DNA from: an uncultured Candidatus Saccharimonadales bacterium
GTDB lineage: Bacteria > Patescibacteriota > Saccharimonadia > UBA4664
Reading direction: 5' to 3'
NCBI GenBank assembly: GCA_964530365.1
Contig: CAZGZY010000001.1
Span: 6,348 to 30,347 of the forward strand
DNA: 24,000 nt
Under the pieces are notes generated by a model that worked only from the letters and a program-made list of their open reading frames with translations, ran no database searches and was not told where the DNA came from. Made by a program: the position numbers and the translations under genes. This document shows, piece after piece, positions 1 to 8,785 of the stretch (position 1 is its first letter; every line of letters starts with the position of its first letter).

Positions 1-1376
1 CGGCCACCACGGGGCTGGCGGCGAGCCACCTGGGAGGCAGTACGATCCATTCGTGGGCGGGTATTGGGATCGCCGACGAGTTGCCGGCGCATTTTGTGGC
101 GAATTTGAGCAAAGCGCGTCACGACATTATTACCAAAACCGACGTGCTAATTATTGACGAGATCTCGATGCTGCATGATTTTCGGCTAGACATGGTGGAC
201 CAGGCGGCGCGAATGGTGCGCGGGAGCGATGAGCCGTTTGGCGGCATTCAGGTGATTTTGTGCGGCGACTTTTTCCAGTTGCCGCCGGTGAGCCGGAATG
301 ATGCGCGAGCCGGCGGCTTTGTAACGGATTCGGCCGCCTGGCGCGAGCTGGACCCGGTGATTTGCCGGCTGGAAGAGCAGCACCGGCAAGACGACGCGGA
401 TTTTTTGGCGGTGCTGGGCGCGCTGCGGGCGGGCGATATTCGTCGCGGGCACGCTGAAGCGCTGATGAGTCGGTTGAACGCGCCGCTTTCGGGTGCCGTG
501 ACCGAATTGCATACCACCAACGTGGACGTTGACCGCATCAACGAGGCGCAGCTGGCGACGATTGACGGTGAGGCGCAAGTCTACCTGATGACGACCACAG
601 GTAAAGAAAACTACGTGGAGTCGCTCAAGCGGTCGTGTTTGGCGCCGGAGACCTTGGTGCTGAAGGTGGGGGCGCTGGTGATGTGCATTAAAAATTCGCC
701 GGACCGCCGGTATGTGAACGGGTCGCTGGGGGTGGTGACCGGGTTCGAGGTGCTCACCGGGTACCCGGAGGTGGAGTTGCGCAGCGGCCGGACCATTACG
801 GTGACGCCCGATGCCTGGGAGCTGCGTGACGGTGATAAAAAGCGCGCGTCGCTCACGCAATTGCCGTTGCGGCTAGCGTGGGCTATTACGGTCCATAAGA
901 GCCAGGGCATGACGCTCGATGCCGCGCGCATCGACCTGCGGCGGGCGTTTGTGCCGGGGATGGGGTATGTGGCGTTGAGCCGCGTACGGGGGCTGTCGAG
1001 CCTGAGCTTGGTGGGGATTAATCAGATGGCGCTCAAAGTGGCGCCGGAAGCGTTGGCGATGGACGGCGTGCTAGCGGCCAAGGGCGCGGCCGATGCCAAG
1101 CGGTTTGCGCAGCTGGCCGAAGCGGCCGAGCAGCGGCAAAACGCGCCCGAAGCGCCGTCTGGGGACAAGAGTTGGGGTGGCAAGCTCGAGGTGATGCGGG
1201 CGGTTTACCCGAACGCGTTTAGGCCTTGGCCGGCGGCCGACGATGCCAAATTGCGCGAATTGTTTGAGGGAGGCGCGGGGCTGGCGAGTTTGAGCGAGAC
1301 GTTTGGCCGTCATCCCGGCTCGATCCGGTCGCGGCTCAGGAAGCATTTTGGTGAGGATGTTTCGGTTCCCCGGTAG
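1..1376 (+). CDS. Pif1/RecD-family SF1B DNA helicase, 5'-truncated by the window edge
   Basis: Frame 3 is open from base 3: ATTGLAASHLGGSTIHSWAGIGIADE precedes the TTG at 81 that the ORF track uses, so the gene starts upstream of the window. Helicase motifs are VLIIDEISML (Walker B / motif II), ILCGDFFQLPPV (motif III), WAITVHKSQGMTLD and GYVALSRVR (motifs V/VI). The C-terminal ~90 aa (…DDAKLRELFEGGAGLASLSETFGRHPGSIRSRLRK) resembles the HTH-like tail seen on bacterial Pif1-like helicases. Confidence 0.85.
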   Translation, partial: ATTGLAASHLGGSTIHSWAGIGIADELPAHFVANLSKARHDIITKTDVLIIDEISMLHDFRLDMVDQAARMVRGSDEPFGGIQVILCGDFFQLPPVSRNDARAGGFVTDSAAWRELDPVICRLEEQHRQDDADFLAVLGALRAGDIRRGHAEALMSRLNAPLSGAVTELHTTNVDVDRINEAQLATIDGEAQVYLMTTTGKENYVESLKRSCLAPETLVLKVGALVMCIKNSPDRRYVNGSLGVVTGFEVLTGYPEVELRSGRTITVTPDAWELRDGDKKRASLTQLPLRLAWAITVHKSQGMTLDAARIDLRRAFVPGMGYVALSRVRGLSSLSLVGINQMALKVAPEALAMDGVLAAKGAADAKRFAQLAEAAEQRQNAPEAPSGDKSWGGKLEVMRAVYPNAFRPWPAADDAKLRELFEGGAGLASLSETFGRHPGSIRSRLRKHFGEDVSVPR

Positions 1377-1487
1377 GGTTCGTTAATCCTCTGCTGGGTT
1401 ATCGCGCCGCACGGGGTGGGTTGGTTTCGTGGAATTATTACACGCTCTCTCTCGCGCCCAGGTAGTGCAAGGACTATAGTGTAGGGT

Positions 1488-2399
1488 ATGAGCCACTCCC
1501 CCATTGTCTCAATCTCGAATTTCCGGATGCGGTTTGGTGACCATGTAGTGATCGATGATTTGTCGTTTGACGTTCAGCCGGGCGAGACATTCGCGTTTTT
1601 GGGGTCGAATGGGTCGGGCAAGACCACCACGATCCGCACGCTTTTGGGGATTTTTGAGCCGACGGCCGGAACGCTACTGGTCAACGGGAAGAAGTATACG
1701 CCCGAAATGAGCTCAATGCTGGGGTATTTACCGGAAGAGCGGGGATTGTACAAAAAGGAATCGGTGCTGGCCACCATGCTTTACTTTGCCGAATTGCGCC
1801 GGATGGATCGGGCGGCGGCACGGGCGTGGAGCTTGGCTTACCTGGAGCGGATTGGGTTGGGTGATAAGGCCAACACGCCGATCGAGCAATTATCCGGCGG
1901 AGAGCAGCAAAAAATCCAGCTAGGGGTCACGATCATGAACGACCCCGAGCTGATGATTTTAGATGAGCCAACCAAGGGGTTTGACCCAGTCAACCGCCGG
2001 CTGCTAATGGAGATCGTGGAGGAACATAGCAAACGCGGCGCCACGGTTATTTTGGTGACGCACCAGATGGAAGAGGTGGAACGGTTGTGCGACCGGGTGA
2101 TCTTGCTCAAAGACGGTAAGCGACGGTTATACGGCACCGTTGGCGCGATTCGCGCGGAGTACGGCGCGGAGGTGGTCGAGTTGGAGTTCGACGGCCCGCT
2201 CCCTCATTCGTCCAAGCTATACACGGTGAGCCAATCTGGTAAGCGGACGGCCGAATTGAGCCTGGCGGACGGGGTCACGGCCCCCGACGTGCTGCGAGAG
2301 CTTGTAGCGCACAGAGGGCTTTCAATTAGTAAATTTGAATTGCGGCGGTCGTCGCTTGATGATATTTTCGTCAGCATTTATAACGAGGGACAGGTATGA
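1488..2399 (+). CDS. ABC transporter ATP-binding subunit (ABC-2 / NatA-like)
   Basis: Walker A GSNGSGKTT, ABC signature LSGGEQQK, Walker B LMILDEPT and an H-loop VTHQ. A C-terminal extra domain is present, as in ABC-2 ATPases. The stop overlaps the start of the next gene (ATGA at 2396-2399). Confidence 0.9.
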   Translation: MSHSPIVSISNFRMRFGDHVVIDDLSFDVQPGETFAFLGSNGSGKTTTIRTLLGIFEPTAGTLLVNGKKYTPEMSSMLGYLPEERGLYKKESVLATMLYFAELRRMDRAAARAWSLAYLERIGLGDKANTPIEQLSGGEQQKIQLGVTIMNDPELMILDEPTKGFDPVNRRLLMEIVEEHSKRGATVILVTHQMEEVERLCDRVILLKDGKRRLYGTVGAIRAEYGAEVVELEFDGPLPHSSKLYTVSQSGKRTAELSLADGVTAPDVLRELVAHRGLSISKFELRRSSLDDIFVSIYNEGQV

Positions 2400-3613
2400 G
2401 CGCGTTGGGGACGGTCTTCCGATTTGAATTTTCCCGCACCCTCACTAAGCGCAGCTTTTGGATTCGGACTTTGTCGATTCCCGTGCTGATCGCGGCGGTG
2501 GTGATGCTGTCGTATTTTTCGAGCAAGGCGGCTCAAAACAAGGCGGGCGAACAGGTTAAGAACGCGCATTTTTCGATTGCCATCATGGACGATTCGAAAC
2601 TGGTGCTGCCTCAGGTGCTGACGGCCGTGCACGCCCAAACGGTAACCAACAAGCAAGCCGGCATTAACCTGGTGCGGTCAGGCGGTGTGGACGCGTTTTT
2701 CTACTACCCATCCAAGCCATCGCGAACGCCGGTGCAAGTGTACGCCAAGGATGTCGGGCTGGTCGACAGTGGCAAATACGCGGGCGTGGCCAGTGAACTT
2801 TTACGGACCAGCCTGGTGGCGGCGTCCGGTAGTGGTGAGCGGGCGGCGTTGCTGCAGGCGCCGGCTAGCACCACCCTCATCACCTACAAAGACGGTCAGG
2901 TAACTAAGGGTATCGGCCGGGTTGTGGCGCCGGGACTGTTTTTGGTGCTGTTTTACGCTGTCATTGTGCTGCTAGGCAACCAAATGCTTACGAGCACCAC
3001 TGAAGAAAAAGAGAACCGGGTAATTGAGATGATTTTGACCTCGGTTACTGCCCAGAGCGTGATTGTGGGCAAGATTTTGGCGCTGATGGCGCTGGGCATC
3101 ATTCAGATCGCGGCTATTTTGGCGCCGGTGCTGGTGGCGTACTTTGGCTTCCACGATCAGCTGCATATTCAGCAATTTGACCTGAGTCAAGTTAGCCTGG
3201 CGCCGTGGCCGATCATTGTAGGCGCCGCGCTGTTTGTGGGCGGGTTTACTTTGTTTACGGCGCTGCTCGTGGCCATTGGTTCGGCTGTGCCGACGGCTAA
3301 AGAGGCTAGCGGGTATTTTGGTGTGGCCGTGATAAGCATTATTATCCCGGTTTATGCGCTGGGGGTAATTATTTCGTCACCGGATCAGCTAATGGTGCGG
3401 GTGATGACGTTTTTCCCGCTGACGGCGCCGATTACCCTGATGCTGCGTAATGCCGTGGGTAACTTGAGTGTGCCGGATACAGTCATAGGCTTGGCGATTT
3501 TATATGTGTCGGGTGCCGCGCTGATGGCGCTGGCGATCCGGGTATTTCGCTTCGGATCGCTGGAATACGCCCGCAAGCTGAGCTTACGCGAGGTGTTGAC
3601 CCGGCGAGCCTAG
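2396..3613 (+). CDS. ABC-2 type transporter permease (NatB-like)
   Basis: Translationally coupled to the ATPase. It has an N-terminal TM helix, a ~130 aa extracytoplasmic loop, then about 5 hydrophobic helices (e.g. LFLVLFYAVIVLLGNQ, ILALMALGIIQIAAILAPVLVAYF). This topology is typical of NatB/ABC-2 permeases. Confidence 0.8.
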   Translation: MSALGTVFRFEFSRTLTKRSFWIRTLSIPVLIAAVVMLSYFSSKAAQNKAGEQVKNAHFSIAIMDDSKLVLPQVLTAVHAQTVTNKQAGINLVRSGGVDAFFYYPSKPSRTPVQVYAKDVGLVDSGKYAGVASELLRTSLVAASGSGERAALLQAPASTTLITYKDGQVTKGIGRVVAPGLFLVLFYAVIVLLGNQMLTSTTEEKENRVIEMILTSVTAQSVIVGKILALMALGIIQIAAILAPVLVAYFGFHDQLHIQQFDLSQVSLAPWPIIVGAALFVGGFTLFTALLVAIGSAVPTAKEASGYFGVAVISIIIPVYALGVIISSPDQLMVRVMTFFPLTAPITLMLRNAVGNLSVPDTVIGLAILYVSGAALMALAIRVFRFGSLEYARKLSLREVLTRRA

Positions 3614-3984
3614 TCGGTTGCAGCGTTCTTGTATTCAGTGTATTTTGCATGGTTGCCGCGGGCCTTGTGAGGCGGGTACTTGGCCTCATTTTTGTCGATT
3701 TTGGCGTGGGTGGCGGCGATGAGGTCGATGTCGAAATACTGGCACATGAGTAAGACATTGTAGAATACGTCGGCTAGCTCATCACTCACTGCGGTTTTGT
3801 GCACGCGCAAGTGCTCGGCCATTTCGGCTGGGTTTTTCCAGAGGAAATGCTCGAGCACTTCGGAGGCTTCCAGTGAGAGGGAGATGGCGAGGTCCTTGGG
3901 GTTGTGGAACTGCGCCCAGTCTCGGGCCTCGTTGAAGGCTTTGATGCGGTCGAGTATCGGGCCGATTTGGGAGCCGTTTGTCAT
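3610..3984 (-). CDS. MazG-type nucleoside triphosphate pyrophosphohydrolase (YpjD/DCTPP1-like, single domain)
   Basis: 124 aa all-helical protein with the paired acidic motifs of the MazG fold: SLEASEVLEHF (ExxE) and SDELADVFYNVLLM (ExxD). An N-terminal 'FNEARDWAQFHNPKDL' segment is typical of this family. Last gene of the minus-strand pspC operon. Confidence 0.75.
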   Translation of the reverse strand: MTNGSQIGPILDRIKAFNEARDWAQFHNPKDLAISLSLEASEVLEHFLWKNPAEMAEHLRVHKTAVSDELADVFYNVLLMCQYFDIDLIAATHAKIDKNEAKYPPHKARGNHAKYTEYKNAATD

Positions 3985-4006
3985 TGGCTTTAGTGTAACA
4001 TTTCCG

Positions 4007-4429
4007 CTAATGGCCGCCTTCTACTCGGAAGCCGAGCTGCCGCAGATGCAGGGCCCAGGAGGATTCGAGCGCCTCGGCTTCGGATTGCCGAAAGAAGCAC
4101 GGGAGATGGGCGTAAAGATCGGGCCGGAGGGCGCCCCCGACGCCGCGTTTGAAGATGCGGGCCGCGTGGAAGATGGCCAGGCCGGTGAGGTGTTGTTGCA
4201 GCCGTTCTTCCGGCGTGTACCAGGTTTGGCCAACGTAGACGTGGTTGCTATTGCCGTCTAGCTCGATTACGTAGACGCCGTAGGTGCGGCGGCCGGATAT
4301 GAATTGAGCTCGGGTGATGAGGTTGTAGCCGAATTCGAATTGGTCGCGCAGTCGCTCCACGTAGTCTTCGTGGACGGCGTAACGGTAGAGGCGTTGGGGC
4401 ACGAGGTGTCCCCTCTCGGGCTCGAACAA
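4007..4429 (-). CDS. GIY-YIG-like domain protein (start codon uncertain)
   Basis: GVYVIELDGNSNHVYVGQTWYTPEERLQQH fits GIY-(11 aa)-YVG followed by a conserved Arg/His, with an acidic stretch (SEAEALE) further on. The TTG start at 4429 is the only canonical start, but the frame stays open for 41 more sensible-looking codons up to 4552. Confidence 0.45.
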   Translation of the reverse strand: MFEPERGHLVPQRLYRYAVHEDYVERLRDQFEFGYNLITRAQFISGRRTYGVYVIELDGNSNHVYVGQTWYTPEERLQQHLTGLAIFHAARIFKRGVGGALRPDLYAHLPCFFRQSEAEALESSWALHLRQLGFRVEGGH

Positions 4430-4536
4430 ATAGTCGATGAGGATACCGTGGCGCGTTTTTTGGGCAGCGCGGGCAAACGCGGCTAGTTCGGCGTGCCATT
4501 GCGGCTCGGTTTGGTGGAGCCAGATGGTCTCTTTAA

Positions 4537-5433
4537 TTAGTAGCGCTCGACGTTAATGGTTGAGGCGCCGCCGTCGACGCTGATGGTAATTTGGGTGGCG
4601 GCTGTGTCGAACCCTGGCGAGGTGTAGGTGTCGCCGCTCTGGTCTAGGCCGAGCGTGCCAAGGTTGTCGGTGATGAGGCCGCCGTTTTTGGTGATTTTGA
4701 GCGCGGCCGATTTCGGGGCGCGAATCTTCAGGCTGGAAGCGCCGCCGTTAACGCTGACCTTCTGGCGCGGGCTGGCACTGCCGAGGGTAATTGTGGTGTT
4801 GCTTGCGCCACCATCCAGGGTGAACGACGCGAAGTTGAGGTGAGACAGGTCGATGCGAGAGCGGCTAGCCCCGGAGTTTAGCGTGAGGTCAAGGGCGGGC
4901 CCCTGCGCGATGGCCAGGTCAAACTGGCGGTTGGCCCCGAACCACCAGTTGGAGTTGTTTGAATCGAGTTTGGCGGTGGCGGCGTCTGAGGTGCGGTGGA
5001 AGGATTGGCTAAGGGTGAACCCGTGGGTTGCGGCGGTGTAGAGCGCCGAGTCTGACGCGCCTAGAGCGGTGAGGTCGAAGTTGGTGGCGCCGGCCGAGAC
5101 GGTTAGCGTTAGCCGGGCGAGGCCCTGGCCGTCTGTTTGGGTGATGGATGAGGAGGGGTTTCCGTGTGCGTGCTGCCCGGTGACGGCGTCACGGAAGGGC
5201 TGGGGCGCGACCACCACGCCCACAATACTAATCGCCATGAGGCCGCCGAGCAGCCAGTCGGCCCAGGCGGTTGGGGGTAGCATTAGCCGCAGCCCGCCCA
5301 CAATGAGCAGGGCCGGCCAGAGCATAATTAGGAACCGCCAATCGAGCTGCCACCAGTGGTTGGTTACCCCCAAGAAGAGTACGCCCAGGCCTACGAGGAA
5401 AATGCCCGATAGAATCGAGTTTCGCGACCTCAT
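4537..5433 (-). CDS. LiaF/toastrack-like membrane protein
   Basis: Three N-terminal TM helices are followed by a beta-rich region with a periodic repeat: SAGATNFDL, NSGASRSRIDL, DGGASNTTITL, NGGASSLKIRA, DGGASTINV. It sits 4 nt downstream of a PspC-domain gene. PspC plus LiaF/toastrack is a well-known association. Confidence 0.6.
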   Translation of the reverse strand: MRSRNSILSGIFLVGLGVLFLGVTNHWWQLDWRFLIMLWPALLIVGGLRLMLPPTAWADWLLGGLMAISIVGVVVAPQPFRDAVTGQHAHGNPSSSITQTDGQGLARLTLTVSAGATNFDLTALGASDSALYTAATHGFTLSQSFHRTSDAATAKLDSNNSNWWFGANRQFDLAIAQGPALDLTLNSGASRSRIDLSHLNFASFTLDGGASNTTITLGSASPRQKVSVNGGASSLKIRAPKSAALKITKNGGLITDNLGTLGLDQSGDTYTSPGFDTAATQITISVDGGASTINVERY

Positions 5434-5437
5434 CGCG

Positions 5438-5875
5438 CTACCGCCGTTTCATAATGATGAACAGGCCGATGATAATGAGGATCATGGGCCAAGCGTAGCG
5501 CCAGACATCAAAACCGATGGTCTCCTGGATGAAAAACGCGACGCCGAGGCCAATTAGAATGATGCCGCCGAGCATCCGGCCTTGTGGGGAGCGTTCGTGG
5601 TAGTGCCGGTGGTCATGGGTGGCAGGGCGGTCGGTGGTTGTTTTGGTTTCGTCTGGTTCGGGCATGGCGGCCTCCTGGGGGGTTAATGGCGCTTCCGGGA
5701 TAATGATCCAGCCGACGGCGTAAACAAGCACGCCGGCGCCCCCGGCAATGGTCAGGACCAGAAACACGAGGCGGATGATGGTGGGGTCGATATTGAAGTA
5801 TTCGGCGATACCACCAGCGACGCCGGCGAGCATCCGGTTTGAGCGTGAGCGGTAGAGTATTTGGTGAGTTCCCAT
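5438..5875 (-). CDS. PspC-domain membrane protein
   Basis: The N-terminus LYRSRSNRMLAGVAGGIAEYFNIDPTIIRLVFLVLTIAGGAGVLVYAVGWIIIPE is the canonical PspC domain. It is followed by a His-rich linker and a second TM segment. Confidence 0.85.
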   Translation of the reverse strand: MGTHQILYRSRSNRMLAGVAGGIAEYFNIDPTIIRLVFLVLTIAGGAGVLVYAVGWIIIPEAPLTPQEAAMPEPDETKTTTDRPATHDHRHYHERSPQGRMLGGIILIGLGVAFFIQETIGFDVWRYAWPMILIIIGLFIIMKRR

Positions 5876-5970
5876 GATAGTTCCATGCTACATCGCCAGA
5901 CGCAATTGCGCTATGAGGTTGGTCACATAGGCTTTCCGCCCAGCAAAACCGCTCGACGCCGGCTGTTTAC

Positions 5971-6032
5971 AAAAACCCCGGCGGTGGCCGGTGGCTAGGG
6001 GTTGATGGCCTCGGGGTGCGACCCCCGAAGCC
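5971..6032 (-). promoter_or_regulatory. Two GC-rich hairpins in the pspC leader; the second is terminator/attenuator-like
   Basis: Read on the minus strand: GGCUUCGGGG-GUCGCA-CCCCGAGGCC (6032-6007) is a 10 bp stem that is perfect on this strand only (G-U), with a C-A mismatch on the plus strand. It is followed by CCGGC-CACC-GCCGG (5991-5978), then GG and UUUUU (5975-5971). The pair lies about 95 nt upstream of the pspC ATG. Confidence 0.4.
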
Positions 6033-6346
6033 AACGAAGCTATCTTACCAACACACTCTCGTTCGGCCGTTGTTATCACTCTTGCTGCAAGACAAAAGTG
6101 AGAGAACGACTACGAACAGGTGCTTGGGGGCCTCGCCGCCGTTGCTGAAGTGAGCGCATTCTGTCATTTGGGCAGTGTGACGAATATAGGTAAAACTCCA
6201 GACATTGCCCTGTTAAAAATGTTTGTTTTGATTATGAGCCAATGTTGGCGATGTTTGCGCAAGATACGGCCCTAGTAAAGGAGAATAGGCTTTGCCCTGC
6301 CAACCTTCTTATGCTTAGCCCGTGGAACGTAGTATTATGAGGAGTA

Positions 6347-8785
6347 ATGGGGCAGCCAAAGGCGAATAACATAACCAGCCCGAAGAAGCGGGCCGATTCC
6401 TGGGAGGGCGTCGGCGTGAGCCAATGGCTGGGGGTGGCTCTTGCCGGAGTTGTGTCGGCATTGTTGTTTGTGGGGCTGACCAAGCTGGGGATGGATTGGC
6501 ACGTTTTTGACTTCCGGTTTAATCCCTACGCGTTGTTCTCGTTGGCGGCGGTCGCCAGCAACCTGGTTTTGTTGGTCCTGATCGGGCGGGTAAAAGAGAA
6601 AACGCACGATATGGTGTGGTTGTCGCTCTACATCACTTGTTTGCTGATGTGGGCGATCGTTGAGTTCTTTACCCGGATTAGCGCCAACACGGAAACATTT
6701 TTGTTCTGGTGGCCGATTTCGACGCTGCCGTCGTTTTTTATGCCCGTCATGCTGTTCATGTTTGTTTTGTCCTACACGAAGCCAAAACAGGGTCGGAACA
6801 TTTGGACTATCGTGCCGTTGTTTGTGGCGGCCATGCTGATGGTGTTCTTTGACCTGCGCACGCCCCTGTTTAACCACTATATCGCCCGGGAGGTGATAGC
6901 GACGCCCTGGAACGGGGCGGTGGCCCCAGGTATTTTTTACAACATGGTGGCGCTATGGATCGTTGGACTTACCGTACTCTCGATTGTGATGCTGGTGCTG
7001 TATTACCGGCGAACTCTGGAACCAACCCTCAAGCGGCAGGCGAGGCTTCTGATTATCGCGACGCTGGTGCCCGTTTCTGTCGGGATTGTGACCGATGCCC
7101 TGTTGCCGGCGCTAGGTATCTTTGACGTCCTGCCGCTGGCGGTGATGCTGACGGCTTTGTCGGGCGCGCTTTACACTTATGCAATTTTACGCTACCGGTT
7201 CCTGACCTTTAGTTCGTCGGTGGTGGCAGCGAATATCCTCGAGACCATCAACGAGGCGGTGATTGGGGTCGGCTCGGATTTGAGTATTAATTACGTGAAC
7301 CAGGGCGCCGAGAATTTATTGGGTTATTCGCGCGGGCAAATGGCAAAGCAGCATTTTAGCGACTTCCTGAGCCAAGATTGGTCCCAGGAGGATCTAAAGA
7401 AGTTCCTGCTTGTCCCCATGGTGCCGGGCCATCGGAGCGAGTTTGGGTCGATCGACTTACGGACGGCTGGGGGCGGGATCTTAACCGTGAAGCTATCCAT
7501 TTCGCAGGTCTCGGAAGACGGCATGCAACGGGGATATTTGGTAGTAATGACCGATATTAGCGAGATGGCCCGGGCCGCCGAGATGGTCGAGAAGGAGGTG
7601 CGGCAACGGACGCGGGAGGTGCGGGAGGCCGAAGCGACGCTCGTGACATCAATTAACAGTTTGAGGCTCGGGTTTATTATTACCAACGCGAAACCCGAGG
7701 TGATCCGGCTCAATACCGTGGCGCATGATTTGTTCTGCGGGAGCCATGAGCACACTGCGGGAGAATGCCGGGAGGTGACAGTCGCGAAGGTTCAGGCGGT
7801 GATGGGCAAGAGCATCGCGGTAGCCCAGGGCATCAACGAGTGTTTGCGGCGGCAATTGCCCAGCGAGTTTAATAATGTGGCTTCCCAGAATCGAAATTGG
7901 CGCGTGTACCTGTCGCCGATGGTGGTGGACCATAAATCGATTGGTTGCGCGGTCTTGCTGCAAGATACGACAGATGAGCAAATCTTGGAGCGTTCCCGGG
8001 ACGAGTTTTTCTCGATCGCCTCCCATGAGTTGCGGACTCCCCTGACCTCAATTAAGGGGAACTCCTCCCTCATCTTGGAGTACTACAAGGATGTCCTAAA
8101 AGACGCGACGCTCAAAGAAATGGTGACCGACATCCATGAATCGAGCGATCGGTTGATTGAGATTGTGAACGATTTCCTTGATGTCTCGCGGTTGGAGCAG
8201 GGTCGGATCGAGTTCCATTTGGAGCAGCTGTTGCTGCCGAAGGTAGTGGAGGAGGTGGCCTATGGGATGGGCGCCCTCATTAAGCAGAAAAACTTGCACT
8301 TGGTGTTGTCGCACAGCTTGGCGCGGTTGGACCAGATACCGGCGGTGGTGGCCGATAAAAACCGCCTGAAGCAAATATTGTTCAACTTGGTTGGCAACGC
8401 GGTTAAGTTTACGAACAAGGGCGGGCGGATCACCATTGGCGCATCGGTGTTGCCCGGGTTTGTTGAGGTGACGGTGGCGGATACAGGAGCGGGCATCTCG
8501 GCTGAATACCAGGCTTTGCTGTTCCATAAGTTTCAGCAGGCCAGCGACAGTATCCTGACGCGGGACTCGTCTAACGGGACCGGGCTTGGTCTGTACATCT
8601 CGCGGCTTTTGGCGGTTGGGATGGGCGGCACGCTTGAGCTTAGGAAATCGGAACTTGGTAAAGGCAGCGTGTTTGCGCTGCGGATATTGCTGGCGACGCC
8701 GGAGCGGCTCAAGCACTTGGGCGACTCGGCCAAGGTGCTTGATACCAAAAGCGGCTTGATGGTCGATAAAGAGTCTAGTAAGTAG
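6347..8785 (+). CDS. Sensor histidine kinase: multi-TM N-terminal sensor, PAS, HisKA, HATPase_c; no receiver domain
   Basis: About 7-8 hydrophobic helices in aa 20-285. A PAS-like segment (ILETINEAVIGVGSDLSINYVNQGAENLLGYSRGQM) is followed by a second sensory domain. H-box FSIASHELRTPLTSI, N-box LKQILFNLVGNAVKFT, G1 DTGAGIS, G2 GTGLGLYISR. GAGGAG lies 5-10 nt upstream of the ATG. Confidence 0.9.
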   Translation: MGQPKANNITSPKKRADSWEGVGVSQWLGVALAGVVSALLFVGLTKLGMDWHVFDFRFNPYALFSLAAVASNLVLLVLIGRVKEKTHDMVWLSLYITCLLMWAIVEFFTRISANTETFLFWWPISTLPSFFMPVMLFMFVLSYTKPKQGRNIWTIVPLFVAAMLMVFFDLRTPLFNHYIAREVIATPWNGAVAPGIFYNMVALWIVGLTVLSIVMLVLYYRRTLEPTLKRQARLLIIATLVPVSVGIVTDALLPALGIFDVLPLAVMLTALSGALYTYAILRYRFLTFSSSVVAANILETINEAVIGVGSDLSINYVNQGAENLLGYSRGQMAKQHFSDFLSQDWSQEDLKKFLLVPMVPGHRSEFGSIDLRTAGGGILTVKLSISQVSEDGMQRGYLVVMTDISEMARAAEMVEKEVRQRTREVREAEATLVTSINSLRLGFIITNAKPEVIRLNTVAHDLFCGSHEHTAGECREVTVAKVQAVMGKSIAVAQGINECLRRQLPSEFNNVASQNRNWRVYLSPMVVDHKSIGCAVLLQDTTDEQILERSRDEFFSIASHELRTPLTSIKGNSSLILEYYKDVLKDATLKEMVTDIHESSDRLIEIVNDFLDVSRLEQGRIEFHLEQLLLPKVVEEVAYGMGALIKQKNLHLVLSHSLARLDQIPAVVADKNRLKQILFNLVGNAVKFTNKGGRITIGASVLPGFVEVTVADTGAGISAEYQALLFHKFQQASDSILTRDSSNGTGLGLYISRLLAVGMGGTLELRKSELGKGSVFALRILLATPERLKHLGDSAKVLDTKSGLMVDKESSK

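Noticed and set aside
186-860. Long antisense or off-frame ORFs in the track (e.g. 186-860 -, 6335-6877 -, 8096-8716 -, 10908-11414 -, 11086-11673 +, 12377-12955 -, 14007-14525 -, 18997-19617 +, 19902-20435 -, 21710-22027 -)
   Set aside because: They overlap genes with strong family motifs on the other strand or frame. Their Arg/Pro/His/Gly-rich low-complexity composition is typical of shadow ORFs in GC-rich DNA.
1441-1488. Possible leaderless promoter (TATAGT at 1475-1480, 7 nt before the ABC ATPase ATG)
   Set aside because: There is no acceptable -35 or extended -10 element at the right spacing. A single hexamer match is too weak to call.
5888-6079. 63 aa minus-strand ORF in the pspC-kinase spacer
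   Set aside because: It has no RBS and odd composition, and it spans the GC hairpins and the terminator-like element. It is more likely non-coding structured RNA or DNA.
6218-6274. 18-codon plus-strand mini-ORF MFVLIMSQCWRCLRKIRP (contains CxxC) upstream of the kinase gene
   Set aside because: It has no Shine-Dalgarno and is very short. I have no way to show conservation, so it could easily be chance in an AT-rich stretch.
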